Positions 41,305 to 52,671 are shown, counted from the stretch's first letter. The stretch is DNA of 64,000 bases from Microcoleus sp. (GCA_042408215.1 JAYFMW010000028.1:1-64000), one strand, 5' to 3'. The notes: generated by a model from the letters alone, not told the origin. Translations and numbers: made by a program.

Positions 41305-44300
41305 CTAATTTTTCAAAACTTGTTCTAAAGTTTTGAGCCAATTAATACTTTTCACCTTGAGTATGTGTTCAGTAAGTAGTTGTTGATGAGCGACTTGAGC
41401 CAGCTTAGCTCTAAGTTCAGAATTATCTAATAAACTGCAAATAGCTTTGTACCAATCATCCACTCTATTTTCGACCAATAAACCATTAACCCCATGCTCA
41501 ATAATCTGGCTGTAAGCATTGCTGATACTGCAAATAGTCGGAATTTCCATTGCTGCATAGTCTAAAAATTTAATATAACTTTTGCAGCGGTTAAAAGGAT
41601 TATCTATCAATGGTGCAAGACCAATGTGCCATTTTTGCTCTGAGATCAGCCAATCTACAAATTTGGGATAGAGATTTGCTCCTTTGGGAATAACAACATT
41701 ATTAGCCCAACTAGGTATGGATTGGCGATCGCAGATACCAATTAAGTCAATTTCTACCTGAGTCCCTCGTTCTTTTTTGATTTGCATTAAAGCCGGCTCT
41801 ATCATCTGAAAATCTTCCAAATGAGTGCGCGTTCCCATATAGACCAATCGTAAAGGTTTGCGATCTTTAATAGTTGCACTTTCTTTTTTACGATTCAATT
41901 TCCACAGACGATCGTCCAAAACGTTAGGTATGACTACTACATTTTTATTGAAACGCTCGATTGCTCGGGCTAGATCCACCGTTGACACTGTTACAACATT
42001 GGCTGCTTGACATAAAATAGTCATTGCCTGAATCTCTTCTTGACGCTGTATTGACAGGTTGCTGCTACCAATATCGAAGAGGAGATCGTCAATTTCATAG
42101 ATTAACTTGCAGTTTCGGTTGGAACAAGTAGCAACTAATTGACGAGCATCTTGAGGATTAGATACAGCATTTCTTTGGACCACTAAATGATTTAAATTTT
42201 CAACTTTCTCGACAGATTTTAAGTCGATTACTTGGAAGTTAAATTCATGTTTATTTAGATATTTATATGGTAATAAAACTCGAATAAAACTGGAACCTGG
42301 AAAAGTCCCCCCTTGAGTCAAAGGAACTAAAGCACCTATTCTTTGAGTCTTTTGGTATCCTTCGATGATTTTTTTGTAAAAAACGCTGACAATACTAAAA
42401 GCTGCTCGATTGGGTGAATATCTTGCTGCTGTTTCAATAGCATTTAATTTAAGTTGTAATAAGACATTGCTTTCGACCTTAATTAGTTCATAAATCATAG
42501 ATATGCACTGATCGATTGATGTAGTATCACCAACTAGAGAGTTGAAAGAATGTACAGCAAACTCATTAGTACCTCCCCTTTCAGGAACAAATGGAATACA
42601 ACCAGAAGCCATAGCTTCTAATGCTGTGCGTCCGAAGGCTTGGTAGTCTGAAAGGTCTAGGAATATATCTGAGTTACGCAATAGGGTCGCAACCTCTTCA
42701 CGAGTCAGATGGGGAAAGATCGTCGTGTTTTCTGGAATAGGTATTCCAGACGACTCTATCATATTGCATTCAGACCCAAAGATAGTGAAATGTACTTCAT
42801 TTGGAAACAATTCTGATAAAATTTTGGTCACAGCTAAGGTCCGACGCGGAGCACGTATAGGCGTTGCCAATCTTACCATCATAGAAATCTCAATACGATC
42901 GCGTTTATTTCCCAAATTTGGGTAATACACTTGATGATCGATACTGGGTTCTACTTTGTGGACGGTAACAGAATGATTGCGATTAACAATGTCACACAAC
43001 CACTGTGTCTTAGCAAATAAGACAGCATGAGGGATGAGTGTGTAAGATTGTCGAGCCTCTTCCCACTCTGGGGTGTCTTTACGACAAAACAATGGTTCAT
43101 AGTCTTGTATATAGTAAGCTGGCAAAAATCTGGAATTTTCTATTGTTAAAAAATTGAGAATTTTGACAGAACTGTAAGTGGTTGCACATACAACTGAAAA
43201 ATTTTCAGCTAATCTTTTTAAGTCGGTGATAGTTTGATAAGAAGCTACTATTTCATTAATGGGAGAAATACCTGCATAGTTTTCTAAGAAATGAGAGTAA
43301 TTCTGCTGATTAACTGCAATTTTCACTGGGATTCCACAGCGATGAAGTTCTAGACATTCTTGCACAACTGAGTGAGATCCACCACCTCCTCCTTTCACAG
43401 GAAGTATAAATAGAATTTTGATAAATCTATCATCCAGATTTAAGTCAATACTTGGTTGATAAAATTGATCGCTCTCTAGCTGACCGCTCTGGGCTAATGC
43501 TATCCTTAATTTGTAGTAGGCAGGAGAAAAGTTGGGATCTAGCTCAAATGATTGAGAATAATAAGTAACAGCTTCCTTCCACTGCTGTTTTTGACTCAGC
43601 ATTTCTCCTAAGTTGTAATAAATATTAGCAGAATAATTTGGTTTCAGATCGATGGATTGACGATAAGTAGTAATTGCCTCTTCTATTTGTCCTTGTTGCT
43701 GTAGAGCTTCTCCTAATCGATGATAAGATGTTATGAAATTAGGATCGAATTCGATGGCTCGACGGTAAGAGTTGATCGCATCCTCAATTTGTCCTTGTTG
43801 TTGCAGAGCTTCCCCTAAACGATGATAAGCGCTCGGGAACTTGGGGTTAAGTTCGATCGCTAGACGATAACAGGCGATCGCTTCCTCGAATTGCTTGAGT
43901 TGACTCAGGGCATTTCCTAAGTTATGGTAAGCCTTAGAAAACTTCGGTTGCAACTCAGTTGCTTGGCGGTAGGCGACGATCGCTTCTTCATGTTTCCCTT
44001 GTTGTTGCCAAAGCTCTCCTAAGCTGAAGTGTAACTCAGGAGTATTTGGATTGAGTTCGATCGCTAGACGATAAGAGGCGATCGCTTCTTCCCACTGTTT
44101 GAGCTGACCCAGAACATTTCCTAACTGATTGTAAGCTTTAAAAAATTTCGGTTGCAGCTCAATTGCTCGACGATAACAGGCGATCGCATCCTCATATTTC
44201 CCTTGTTGCCGCCAAAGTTCCCCTAAACTGTGGTGACAGTCAGGGTTATTTGGGTTGAGTTCAATCGCTTGACGGTAGGCGGCGATCGCTGATTCAGTTT

Positions 44301-44679
44301 CTCCAAGCTGTTTTAGAGCTTCAGCTAAACGATAATAGGCGGTAGGGAAATTGGGGTTAAGTTCGATCGCCTGACGGTAAGAGGCGATCGCTTCGGGCCA
44401 TTGTTTGAGTTGGCTCAGGGCATTTCCTAGGTTATGGTAAGCCTTAGAAAACTTGGGTTGCAGCTCAATTGCTTGACGGTAAGATGCGATCGCCTCTTGG
44501 TGTTTCCCCACTCGTTGCAAAACCTCCCCCAAACTGCGGTGAAACTCAGGGTTATTGGGGTTGAGTTCAATAGCTTGACGGTAGATAGCGATCGCCTCGT
44601 CTAATTTACCTTCACCAGCCAACTGTTGGCCTGTTTGGAAATTTGTTTCAGCAGTTTCTTGGTGGATTTTTGTTGACAT
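41305..44679 (-). CDS. TPR protein with two GT-B (GT4-like) glycosyltransferase domains
   Basis: About 11 TPRs; YYIQDYEP, QAFGRTALEAMASG; GLAPL...FNRCKSYIKFLDY. Confidence 0.85.
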   Translation of the reverse strand: MSTKIHQETAETNFQTGQQLAGEGKLDEAIAIYRQAIELNPNNPEFHRSLGEVLQRVGKHQEAIASYRQAIELQPKFSKAYHNLGNALSQLKQWPEAIASYRQAIELNPNFPTAYYRLAEALKQLGETESAIAAYRQAIELNPNNPDCHHSLGELWRQQGKYEDAIACYRRAIELQPKFFKAYNQLGNVLGQLKQWEEAIASYRLAIELNPNTPELHFSLGELWQQQGKHEEAIVAYRQATELQPKFSKAYHNLGNALSQLKQFEEAIACYRLAIELNPKFPSAYHRLGEALQQQGQIEDAINSYRRAIEFDPNFITSYHRLGEALQQQGQIEEAITTYRQSIDLKPNYSANIYYNLGEMLSQKQQWKEAVTYYSQSFELDPNFSPAYYKLRIALAQSGQLESDQFYQPSIDLNLDDRFIKILFILPVKGGGGGSHSVVQECLELHRCGIPVKIAVNQQNYSHFLENYAGISPINEIVASYQTITDLKRLAENFSVVCATTYSSVKILNFLTIENSRFLPAYYIQDYEPLFCRKDTPEWEEARQSYTLIPHAVLFAKTQWLCDIVNRNHSVTVHKVEPSIDHQVYYPNLGNKRDRIEISMMVRLATPIRAPRRTLAVTKILSELFPNEVHFTIFGSECNMIESSGIPIPENTTIFPHLTREEVATLLRNSDIFLDLSDYQAFGRTALEAMASGCIPFVPERGGTNEFAVHSFNSLVGDTTSIDQCISMIYELIKVESNVLLQLKLNAIETAARYSPNRAAFSIVSVFYKKIIEGYQKTQRIGALVPLTQGGTFPGSSFIRVLLPYKYLNKHEFNFQVIDLKSVEKVENLNHLVVQRNAVSNPQDARQLVATCSNRNCKLIYEIDDLLFDIGSSNLSIQRQEEIQAMTILCQAANVVTVSTVDLARAIERFNKNVVVIPNVLDDRLWKLNRKKESATIKDRKPLRLVYMGTRTHLEDFQMIEPALMQIKKERGTQVEIDLIGICDRQSIPSWANNVVIPKGANLYPKFVDWLISEQKWHIGLAPLIDNPFNRCKSYIKFLDYAAMEIPTICSISNAYSQIIEHGVNGLLVENRVDDWYKAICSLLDNSELRAKLAQVAHQQLLTEHILKVKSINWLKTLEQVLKN

Positions 44680-44718
44680 ATACAAACCTCTATTCGATCT
44701 TGTTTTTCACTGAAATTA

Positions 44719-46533
44719 TTATTGATTTCGCTGAGGTACGATATGTTCGCGGAGTTTAAGACGCAAACGATCGAGAGCTTGATTGTTTTTAATTTCCTCT
44801 GTCAAAGCTTTGACATTAATATCAGGATGCTTGGATTTGAAGGCTGCTGAACCTTGCTTAGAAAGCTCTTGACGGCGTTCGTGTCCGAAACTTTTAGACT
44901 TAGAGTGATAGACGTAGGCATGATCGGCGATCGCTAGTTTAAACCCAGCTTTGCGAGCTCGAATAGAAAAATCATTCTCTTCTCCATAACCGTAGGGAAA
45001 GCTTTCTTCATCCAGCCAACCTATGGCATCGATTACTGCTCTCTTAATCATGTAACAAAAACCATTAACAAAACTGACACAAGGAAATGCTTTTTCGGAA
45101 ACATTTGCCACTATATTACTAAACATTTCCAGAGAGTATCCTTCAGGAATATTGTTAATCATCCAGCCTCCATTTTTGTCAAATATTTCGGGAATAGATT
45201 GCCAAGATGCACAATTTGAGAGGGGGCCGACTATGCCAATATCCTTTCTAGAAGTAGCACATTCAATTAATTTTTCAAGCCACCCAGGAGTAACAATTGT
45301 GTCACTGTTTAATAAAATTATGTAGTCACCTTTGCTGGCGCGCAGACCAATATTAGCTGCTTTGGTATAACCGCGAGCCGTCTCATTTCTAAACAAATTC
45401 GCTACAGAATATTCTTGAACCCACGACTTAACAAAGTCTCTAGTTTCTGCTTGAGAACCGTCATCTACAATCAGCAAGCGATAGTCAACCTTTGTGTGTT
45501 GTCTAATCGAAGTCAGACACTCTTTTACATCCTCGAAAGCATTGTGAACGCAGAGAACAATATCAACTCGATCAACTGTAGATTGTGATACAGGCGAGAA
45601 TTTAAATGACAAGGGAATGTGTGAAGATTTATTATGAACCTTCCGTTCTCCACAAAAATCAATCAAATCAGCTTGCGACTGTACACCGACATCTTCAAAC
45701 CCATCATTAATCTGGAGCATGGCTTTCCATAGCTGCAAATAAAGTTCAAAGTCACCAGGCTTAAGTTGCAGCCCCATTTGATAAAATACGATCGCTCCAT
45801 CCCTCTGTCCTTGTTTAATCAAAGCATTACCCAAACCCAAATAGAGTTTTGGATCTTTTGGGTTAACCTCCAGAGCCTTGTGATAGAGCTTGATATTATC
45901 TGGATTTTCTTGAATAGCTTGACTGTAATAACTAATAGCTTCCTTGGCAGATAATGGGCTGTAATTTCGCAGCGCATCCCCCAATTTTTCATACACGCAA
46001 GGCAGATCCGACTTTAACTGAATTGCACGCCGATAAGCAACAACCGCCTCTTCCCACCTCTCCAACTCCACCAAAGCATCCCCCAAATTATAGTAAGACC
46101 AATGGAAGTCTGGATTGAGCTTCGTCGCACTTCTATACCCCTCCACCGCCTCTTCCCATTTCTCCTGCTTAATCAGCACATCCCCTAAATTATTGTGCGA
46201 CCAACAAAAATCTGGATTAAATTTAATCGCTAGACGATATGCAACAACAGCCTCATCTAACCTTCCTTGTCCCTGCCAAATATCCCCTAAATTGTGGTGG
46301 ACTTCCCACAAATTAGGCTGAAGTTCGATAGCTTTATGATAAACTATTACTGCTTCATCCAACTCACCATTTTTAACAAGAGCATCCCCTAGACTTTGGT
46401 AAATCTCCGCCGCTTCAGAATCAATCTCTAGAGCTTTGCGATAGGAATAAATAGCCTTCTCCCATTCCCCCTTTTTAGCCAAAGCCTTCCCTAAACTGTA
46501 GTGAGGTTTAGCAGCATTGAAATTAGCTCCCAC
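44719..46533 (-). CDS. TPR-GT2 glycosyltransferase
   Basis: TPRs, VDDGS, LLNSDT, GEENDF; N-terminus may extend to ATG 46705 across a 1-nt frameshift. Confidence 0.85.
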   Translation of the reverse strand: MGANFNAAKPHYSLGKALAKKGEWEKAIYSYRKALEIDSEAAEIYQSLGDALVKNGELDEAVIVYHKAIELQPNLWEVHHNLGDIWQGQGRLDEAVVAYRLAIKFNPDFCWSHNNLGDVLIKQEKWEEAVEGYRSATKLNPDFHWSYYNLGDALVELERWEEAVVAYRRAIQLKSDLPCVYEKLGDALRNYSPLSAKEAISYYSQAIQENPDNIKLYHKALEVNPKDPKLYLGLGNALIKQGQRDGAIVFYQMGLQLKPGDFELYLQLWKAMLQINDGFEDVGVQSQADLIDFCGERKVHNKSSHIPLSFKFSPVSQSTVDRVDIVLCVHNAFEDVKECLTSIRQHTKVDYRLLIVDDGSQAETRDFVKSWVQEYSVANLFRNETARGYTKAANIGLRASKGDYIILLNSDTIVTPGWLEKLIECATSRKDIGIVGPLSNCASWQSIPEIFDKNGGWMINNIPEGYSLEMFSNIVANVSEKAFPCVSFVNGFCYMIKRAVIDAIGWLDEESFPYGYGEENDFSIRARKAGFKLAIADHAYVYHSKSKSFGHERRQELSKQGSAAFKSKHPDINVKALTEEIKNNQALDRLRLKLREHIVPQRNQ

Positions 46534-46787
46534 ACTCCAATAGGAATACTGATATCGCTTCCTATCCTGTTCCCCAGATTCCGAGTCAACCTTTGTTAAT
46601 GTAACTGATTGAGGAGGTAAAAGTTCATGATTTTCCTGCGATAGATGCGGATAAATCTGAATGCTTATTTACTGGAAATGCAATAATTTTTGATTGGTTG
46701 CTCATCGCCTGTACCTGTTGTAATTTTACACCCGTAAATCCGCTTAATTTATGATTCCTGGTGTTGGCTAAGCTATCCGGAAAATTT

Positions 46788-49700
46788 CTAAACTTTTGCT
46801 AGTTTAATGGCGCGCTTGTAAGCCTCGATCGCCTCATCAATCTCACCTTTTTCTTGCAAAGCATCCCCTAATTTGTGGTGAAATTCCCAGATGTCTGGTT
46901 TCAACTCAATAGTTTTTTCATAACACCCGATCGCTTCATCCAACTGACCCCAACTGTCTAAGACATCCCCCAAACTTTGATAAGCTTGAGCCAAATTGGG
47001 ATTTAATTCGATCGCTCTCCGATAACAGGCGATCGCATCTTCCCGCCGGTTGAGACTTGCCCAAGCTTTCCCCAAACCGTAATGAGACCCCTCGAAATTC
47101 GGGTTCAACTCTATGGCTGGCCGATAAGCCGCGATCGCATTCTCCCACTTACCCTGAACGCTCAAAACTTCCCCTAAATTGTGATAAGCATCCGCATAAC
47201 TCGGCTGCAACTCAATCGCACGCTGGTAACAGGAAATTGCCCGCTCCAACTTGCCCAGCTCTAACAAAGTATTCCCCAGAGTAAAGTGTTCCTCAGCCGT
47301 TGCCCAGTTGATATCTAAAGTGAGAGCTTCATACCAGCAATTTGCCCCTAATTTTGGCTGACCAGACTGCAAAAATACCTGAGCTAAATTCCGGTAAGCC
47401 GATGCTAAACTCGGTTTAATTTCAATCGCTTTTCGGTAACAAGAAATTGACTTTTTCCACTGTTTTTGCTGAGCATAAAGACTGCCTAAATTGGCATGAA
47501 CTTCAGCAAAATTCGGGTCAATTTCTAGGGCTTGAGCGTACCAATACCAGGCCGCATCTAGTTTGTCCATCGCTTGGGTAGCATTCCCCAAAATCTTGTA
47601 GGCAAGTGCCGCCGGAGGTTTCATTTCAATAGCTCGCTTGCACTCTGCGATCGCCTCCTCATATTTCCGCTGGTCGTAATAAGATTCTGCCTGTTTAATG
47701 TATGTTTCCGCATCGTAGCGAGGGACTATCTGCTCTGGTTTGCGATCGTTGCTATTGCCCTTTGCCGGCGCGGATGTGACAATTTCCGCAGATTTTGAAT
47801 GACCGTTGCTGGGAGTATTTACCTGTGCTGCGGTGGTCAGAGAATTACCAGATTGATGATGATTTAGCAAACTATTTTTGTTAAGTTCCGCCACTCTTTG
47901 AAAACAGAGCGCAGCTTCATCTAACTTACCTTGCTGTTTCAACGCTTTCCCCATATTTTGATAAGCCCCAGCCCAGTTCGGCTTTAACTCGATCGCGCGG
48001 CGGTAACAAACGATCGCATGAGTAATTTGACCTTGCTTAAACAAACTGTTACCCAGTTTAAAATGTTGCTCTGGTGGCACTTTTTCCGGTGCCAAAGAAT
48101 ACGCTTCGTACCAGCACTCATTCGCCTCTTCCAGCTTACCGGCCTGCGTCCACACCCTAGCTAAATTACGGTAAGCTGGTGCTAGATTTGGTAGAATGGC
48201 GATCGCTTTTTGGTAGCAAGTAATTGCCGGCGACCACTGTTTGGTCAGGGCATACAAACTGCCAAGATTTACGTGGGTTTCCGCATCATTAGACTGAATC
48301 TTGACGGCTTTTTTATAGCAGTCTATCGCCCCTTCCATATTCCCTTGCGCTTGCAAAATCTTGCCACACAGTTTGTAAGCAGCCACCGCATCTGGTTGAA
48401 TTTCAATAGCTCGCTTGCACTCAAGGATAGCCAGATCAAATTGTTTTTGAACGTAATAAGATTCTGCCTGTTGAATGCACGCATCAGCCGTTTCCTGTTT
48501 CCGAGAATCTGCCTCCAAACTGCTTTCAACAACTGTCAATTTAGACAAAATATCAGCCGATTTTTGAGGAATGGGGGCAGAATTCGTCGCAAGGGCGATC
48601 GCATTTAACTCTTGCGGTACAGTATCTATCGGTTCTGGCTGCTGCAACTGCACATTAGGTTTTTCAGCGGAGATTGTTGAACCGAGTTGCAAGGGATTAG
48701 TTGTAGGAATTTCCGAGGTTTGAGGTAACTCAGATCTACCATTTAAACCAAGAACTACTGTCTTGAACAAATCCCCAAAAATGTTAGCTGGACGTTCAAT
48801 AACTTTTCGATAATTGGCAGTTTCTTCGTTTAATTTTTTTTGGGCTTTGAGAGCATTTCCTAAATGTTGGTAAGCCTCGTTTGAATTGGGGTTTAACTCA
48901 ATAGCGTGGCAGTAACAGCGTATAGCCTGCGTTAGCTGATTTTGCCTCAAAAAGTTATCGCCTAGATGAATATGTTCTTCCGATGTTGCCTTGTCAGGCT
49001 CGATAGAATATGCTTTAAACCAGCACTCGTCAGCCTCCGACAACTGACCCATTTGCGTCCATACCCTAGCCAAATTTCGGTAAGTTGATGCTAAATTGGG
49101 CTGAAGGGCGATCGCTTTTTGGTAACACGCAATGGCGGGCTGCCACTGTTGTTCCTGAGCATAAAGCGTCCCCAAATTAGTATAAGCTTCAGCAAAATCA
49201 GGATCGATTTCAATAGCCTTAGCGTACCATTTTTTCGCCTCATCTACCTTGCCTTGAGCTTGCCTAGCATTACCCCAAATTTTATACGCCCTCGCATCTG
49301 GTTTAACTTTGATAACTCGCTGACAAGCCGCCGCCGCCAGCTCAAATTTCCTTTGAGCATAAAATGCTTCTGCACCTTGAATGTAGACTTCAATATCATC
49401 AATATCGCAGGTAAAAACAGCGGGTTCAATATTAGTTTTTTGGGGTTCTTTTACCTGCACAGATGTTGATTTTTGATAACAGACTAAAGCCCGCTCCCAA
49501 TTTTTCTCTTGGGCGTATAAGGTAGCAAGATTGGTATAAACTTCTGCAAAATCTGGCTGAATTTCCAAAGCTTTACTATACCAATGCTTTGCCTTAGCTA
49601 AATTGCCTTGTACTTGACTAGCCTTGCCCAAAGTTTTGTAAGCTGGTGCAAAATCAGGTTTCTGCTCCAGGGCTTGCGAGCAAGCAGCGATAGCATCATC

Positions 49701-52484
49701 TAACTTGCCTTGTTCCAAATAAAAATCTGCTCGTTTTTGGAAATAATCTGCTGATTCTTGGTTCATAATAGAGATCGGGTTTTTAGGGTTTTCAAGCACA
49801 ATTAAATTTAGGGGCTTCTTTGAGGGAAGGAGATTAATTTTTCCCATCATTTTTTTGAGGGATTTCAAATTCACTAAAAGATCTTCAGTCAATGGGTTTT
49901 GATACATTAACTCTCGAATCGGAGCACAGTTAAAGCTCTCCCCTGTTACATAATAATGTTCAAGATTTAGCTGCTGGCTGATGGCCCAGTAGTAATGTCT
50001 GATATAATTGGGCGACACCAGCTCAATTACCTTAGTTCCCGGTTCACAAAACATAATATTTGTTAAACCGCTGCCGTGGGGCGAAACAATGACTTTTGCA
50101 CGAGCAAATAAGGCTATTTGCTCATCCAAATTCATAGATTCTAATAACACTGAAACAAAGCCAAATCCGCTTAAAATTTCTATGACATTTTCTTCATTTA
50201 TGACTCGCCGATAGCTGCATTTGCTGCGACTGATATAGATGCGCTCTGGGTAAGATTTGCGATCGCCTACGGAAACACCTGTTTGACTTAAGTTTTTTGC
50301 GTGATTAGATAGATTTTGAATCCCGGATAAAACTGTTTTTGTGGTATAATTATGCAAGTCGTGTTTATGAGAAAAGTCTTTGAAAAAAACCTGCCTCAGA
50401 AACTTCAGCCCTCGCGGCGACAACCAGCCCAGATATCCAGGAAAAGAGGGAACAATTAATTGTTTGGCTTGGATGTAGGGATGGCGATCGCTTTCTATGA
50501 TTTTAGATTCAGGAATGCCCAAAGCTTTCAGAGTTTCTCGCTGAAAAGACTGCTGACAGCTATTCACCAAAAACCAATCAATCTCTTCCAGATTCACAGC
50601 GCTGCTGAGCATAATTTCTACTCTAGGTAGGATATCTACCATCCAGTGAAAATAGACATTTCCTGATAGTCCAGCTAATACCGCCACCTGGCCATCTATT
50701 TGTTCTAAAGGTGGCAATTCTTCCGATTCTAAATTCAGAAATCTGTGTTGAGTAGAATGTTGATTTTCACATCCAGGTAACTCACCCGGATATTCGCGGG
50801 AAAGTTCAGGTAAAAGTTGATTGTCCTGATTAATAATAGCGATCGCATTGCAAATCATCCAAGAATTTTTCTGCGGTACAACCCAAGCCCTGCCATTTGG
50901 CAATTTAGCTACAAAGGTTTCCGGTGAATCAACAGCAGTCTCTTTCTGCTGAGAACAAAAATATACGCCATCACCTAAGTGTATAGGCTCAAACTGTCGG
51001 AAAATTCCCTTGAGGCACCGCTGACAATCTAAACCCTGACATTCCGATTTTTGCTTTTCATTCCCGTTAACAAGCAGGGCTTTTTTATTCTCTCGTAGGG
51101 GCGGTGCCCCCGTGCCCGCCCCGATCTCTGAAATAACCGATTTTTCGTCGGTGGGGGGGTAGGCACGGGGAGTAGGGGTCGCACTACCCCTACCAAAATC
51201 CTCGTTTTCCTGAGAATGAATCAATTTCTGCTGTTTTTTCAATACAGCCTGCAACTGCTCGGAAATATCCGAGCGATCGCCTGCAATTGCCAGCGCCATG
51301 TGGTAAACTATAATCGCTGCCGGAAATCGTTTCTGCTTCGCCAAGCAATTTGCCAACCGCAAGTAAATATCCACATTATGAGGCTGAATTTGTAACGCTT
51401 TTTGGTAATAACTTTCCGCCTGTTTGTACCCGCCATACTCAGCCAAGACATTTCCTAAATGAAAATAAGTCTGTACTAAATGCTCGTAAATTACGGCAAG
51501 TGGTAATTGGTTTGTAGTTAGTGCTTTAATAAACCGAGCACAAGCTACTTTAGCCCGATCGAGTCGATCGTTTTCAACTAATAAACTTGCCCGATCGCAA
51601 AAATCATCCACAAACTCGCTTTGCAGAGCAATAGCATTTTGAAAACAGACCATTGCCTCAGCTAGCTTCCCTTGTGCCATCAGGGAAAAAGCCCGATCGC
51701 TGTATGCTGAAACATGATTGGGCTGTTTGCTAATCACCTGTTCAAAACATTCTCCTGCAAAAGCGTGCAGCCCCAGTCTTTGAAATGCTTTGCCCAAATT
51801 ATGACGAGCGATAACTAACTCTGGCTGCAACTCGATCGCCCGACGGTAAAGCGCGATCGCCTCCTCTGGCTTCTTCTGTTCCAACAGAGCAATACCTAAA
51901 TTATTGTACAGAGTAGCATCACCGGGTGCCACAACTATTCCCGCTTGAAAAACCTGAATTGCCTGGTCAAATTTGCCCGACTGTACCAGAATGCAGCCCC
52001 AATTACTATAGGCATTAATTGCGTAGGGCAAAAATTCTTTTGAGGGCGGTGTCGAAGCCACCCCTACAAGAACCTTGAACTCTTGTGGAACGGGCATCTT
52101 GCCCGTTCCTGAGAATGGTGTCCGATGTGCTTTTTTCGAGCTTTTTGCCCAGCAGCGTATCGCTTGCTGGTAACTGTGAATCGCCGCTTCTATCTTGCCT
52201 TGCTGTTGAAAAGCAACTCCTATATTATAGAGAGCTTTAACGTCATCTGGGTTCACAGCAAGGGCCTGCTGGTAGCTGCTAATCGCCCCTGTGAAATCCC
52301 CCTGCTCTTGCAGAACTCTACCCAAATTTTGTTGTAGTTCTGGGCTATTTTTTCCTAATGCCAGTGCTTGTTGGTAGTGAAAAGCAGCATCTTCTATCCT
52401 TCCCGTGCGATCGCACAGCAAACCCATTTTGGCAAAAGCTTCTACTAAATTGAAATCTGGTTCCGTCCTTTGGGTGCTGAGCAT
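46788..52484 (-). CDS. large TPR protein with central GT61/DUF563 glycosyltransferase
   Basis: Many TPRs; YFHWMVDILP, RIYISR..RR..NE, PHGSGLTNIMFC. Confidence 0.85.
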   Translation of the reverse strand: MLSTQRTEPDFNLVEAFAKMGLLCDRTGRIEDAAFHYQQALALGKNSPELQQNLGRVLQEQGDFTGAISSYQQALAVNPDDVKALYNIGVAFQQQGKIEAAIHSYQQAIRCWAKSSKKAHRTPFSGTGKMPVPQEFKVLVGVASTPPSKEFLPYAINAYSNWGCILVQSGKFDQAIQVFQAGIVVAPGDATLYNNLGIALLEQKKPEEAIALYRRAIELQPELVIARHNLGKAFQRLGLHAFAGECFEQVISKQPNHVSAYSDRAFSLMAQGKLAEAMVCFQNAIALQSEFVDDFCDRASLLVENDRLDRAKVACARFIKALTTNQLPLAVIYEHLVQTYFHLGNVLAEYGGYKQAESYYQKALQIQPHNVDIYLRLANCLAKQKRFPAAIIVYHMALAIAGDRSDISEQLQAVLKKQQKLIHSQENEDFGRGSATPTPRAYPPTDEKSVISEIGAGTGAPPLRENKKALLVNGNEKQKSECQGLDCQRCLKGIFRQFEPIHLGDGVYFCSQQKETAVDSPETFVAKLPNGRAWVVPQKNSWMICNAIAIINQDNQLLPELSREYPGELPGCENQHSTQHRFLNLESEELPPLEQIDGQVAVLAGLSGNVYFHWMVDILPRVEIMLSSAVNLEEIDWFLVNSCQQSFQRETLKALGIPESKIIESDRHPYIQAKQLIVPSFPGYLGWLSPRGLKFLRQVFFKDFSHKHDLHNYTTKTVLSGIQNLSNHAKNLSQTGVSVGDRKSYPERIYISRSKCSYRRVINEENVIEILSGFGFVSVLLESMNLDEQIALFARAKVIVSPHGSGLTNIMFCEPGTKVIELVSPNYIRHYYWAISQQLNLEHYYVTGESFNCAPIRELMYQNPLTEDLLVNLKSLKKMMGKINLLPSKKPLNLIVLENPKNPISIMNQESADYFQKRADFYLEQGKLDDAIAACSQALEQKPDFAPAYKTLGKASQVQGNLAKAKHWYSKALEIQPDFAEVYTNLATLYAQEKNWERALVCYQKSTSVQVKEPQKTNIEPAVFTCDIDDIEVYIQGAEAFYAQRKFELAAAACQRVIKVKPDARAYKIWGNARQAQGKVDEAKKWYAKAIEIDPDFAEAYTNLGTLYAQEQQWQPAIACYQKAIALQPNLASTYRNLARVWTQMGQLSEADECWFKAYSIEPDKATSEEHIHLGDNFLRQNQLTQAIRCYCHAIELNPNSNEAYQHLGNALKAQKKLNEETANYRKVIERPANIFGDLFKTVVLGLNGRSELPQTSEIPTTNPLQLGSTISAEKPNVQLQQPEPIDTVPQELNAIALATNSAPIPQKSADILSKLTVVESSLEADSRKQETADACIQQAESYYVQKQFDLAILECKRAIEIQPDAVAAYKLCGKILQAQGNMEGAIDCYKKAVKIQSNDAETHVNLGSLYALTKQWSPAITCYQKAIAILPNLAPAYRNLARVWTQAGKLEEANECWYEAYSLAPEKVPPEQHFKLGNSLFKQGQITHAIVCYRRAIELKPNWAGAYQNMGKALKQQGKLDEAALCFQRVAELNKNSLLNHHQSGNSLTTAAQVNTPSNGHSKSAEIVTSAPAKGNSNDRKPEQIVPRYDAETYIKQAESYYDQRKYEEAIAECKRAIEMKPPAALAYKILGNATQAMDKLDAAWYWYAQALEIDPNFAEVHANLGSLYAQQKQWKKSISCYRKAIEIKPSLASAYRNLAQVFLQSGQPKLGANCWYEALTLDINWATAEEHFTLGNTLLELGKLERAISCYQRAIELQPSYADAYHNLGEVLSVQGKWENAIAAYRPAIELNPNFEGSHYGLGKAWASLNRREDAIACYRRAIELNPNLAQAYQSLGDVLDSWGQLDEAIGCYEKTIELKPDIWEFHHKLGDALQEKGEIDEAIEAYKRAIKLAKV

Positions 52485-52671
52485 ACTTAAACTACTGATT
52501 TGACAAGGTAAGTTCTCAAAAAAAATTGAGAGTGGAAGAGGCGTTATGGAATAGGTAATGGCTGCAATTCGGCTGCTTTTAATTAGAATATCCGTCCTGG
52601 ATCTATTACCAATTAGCAATTAGCAATTACTATTTAATTAATGGTATAGCCACCGGAAATTGAGTAGAAAT

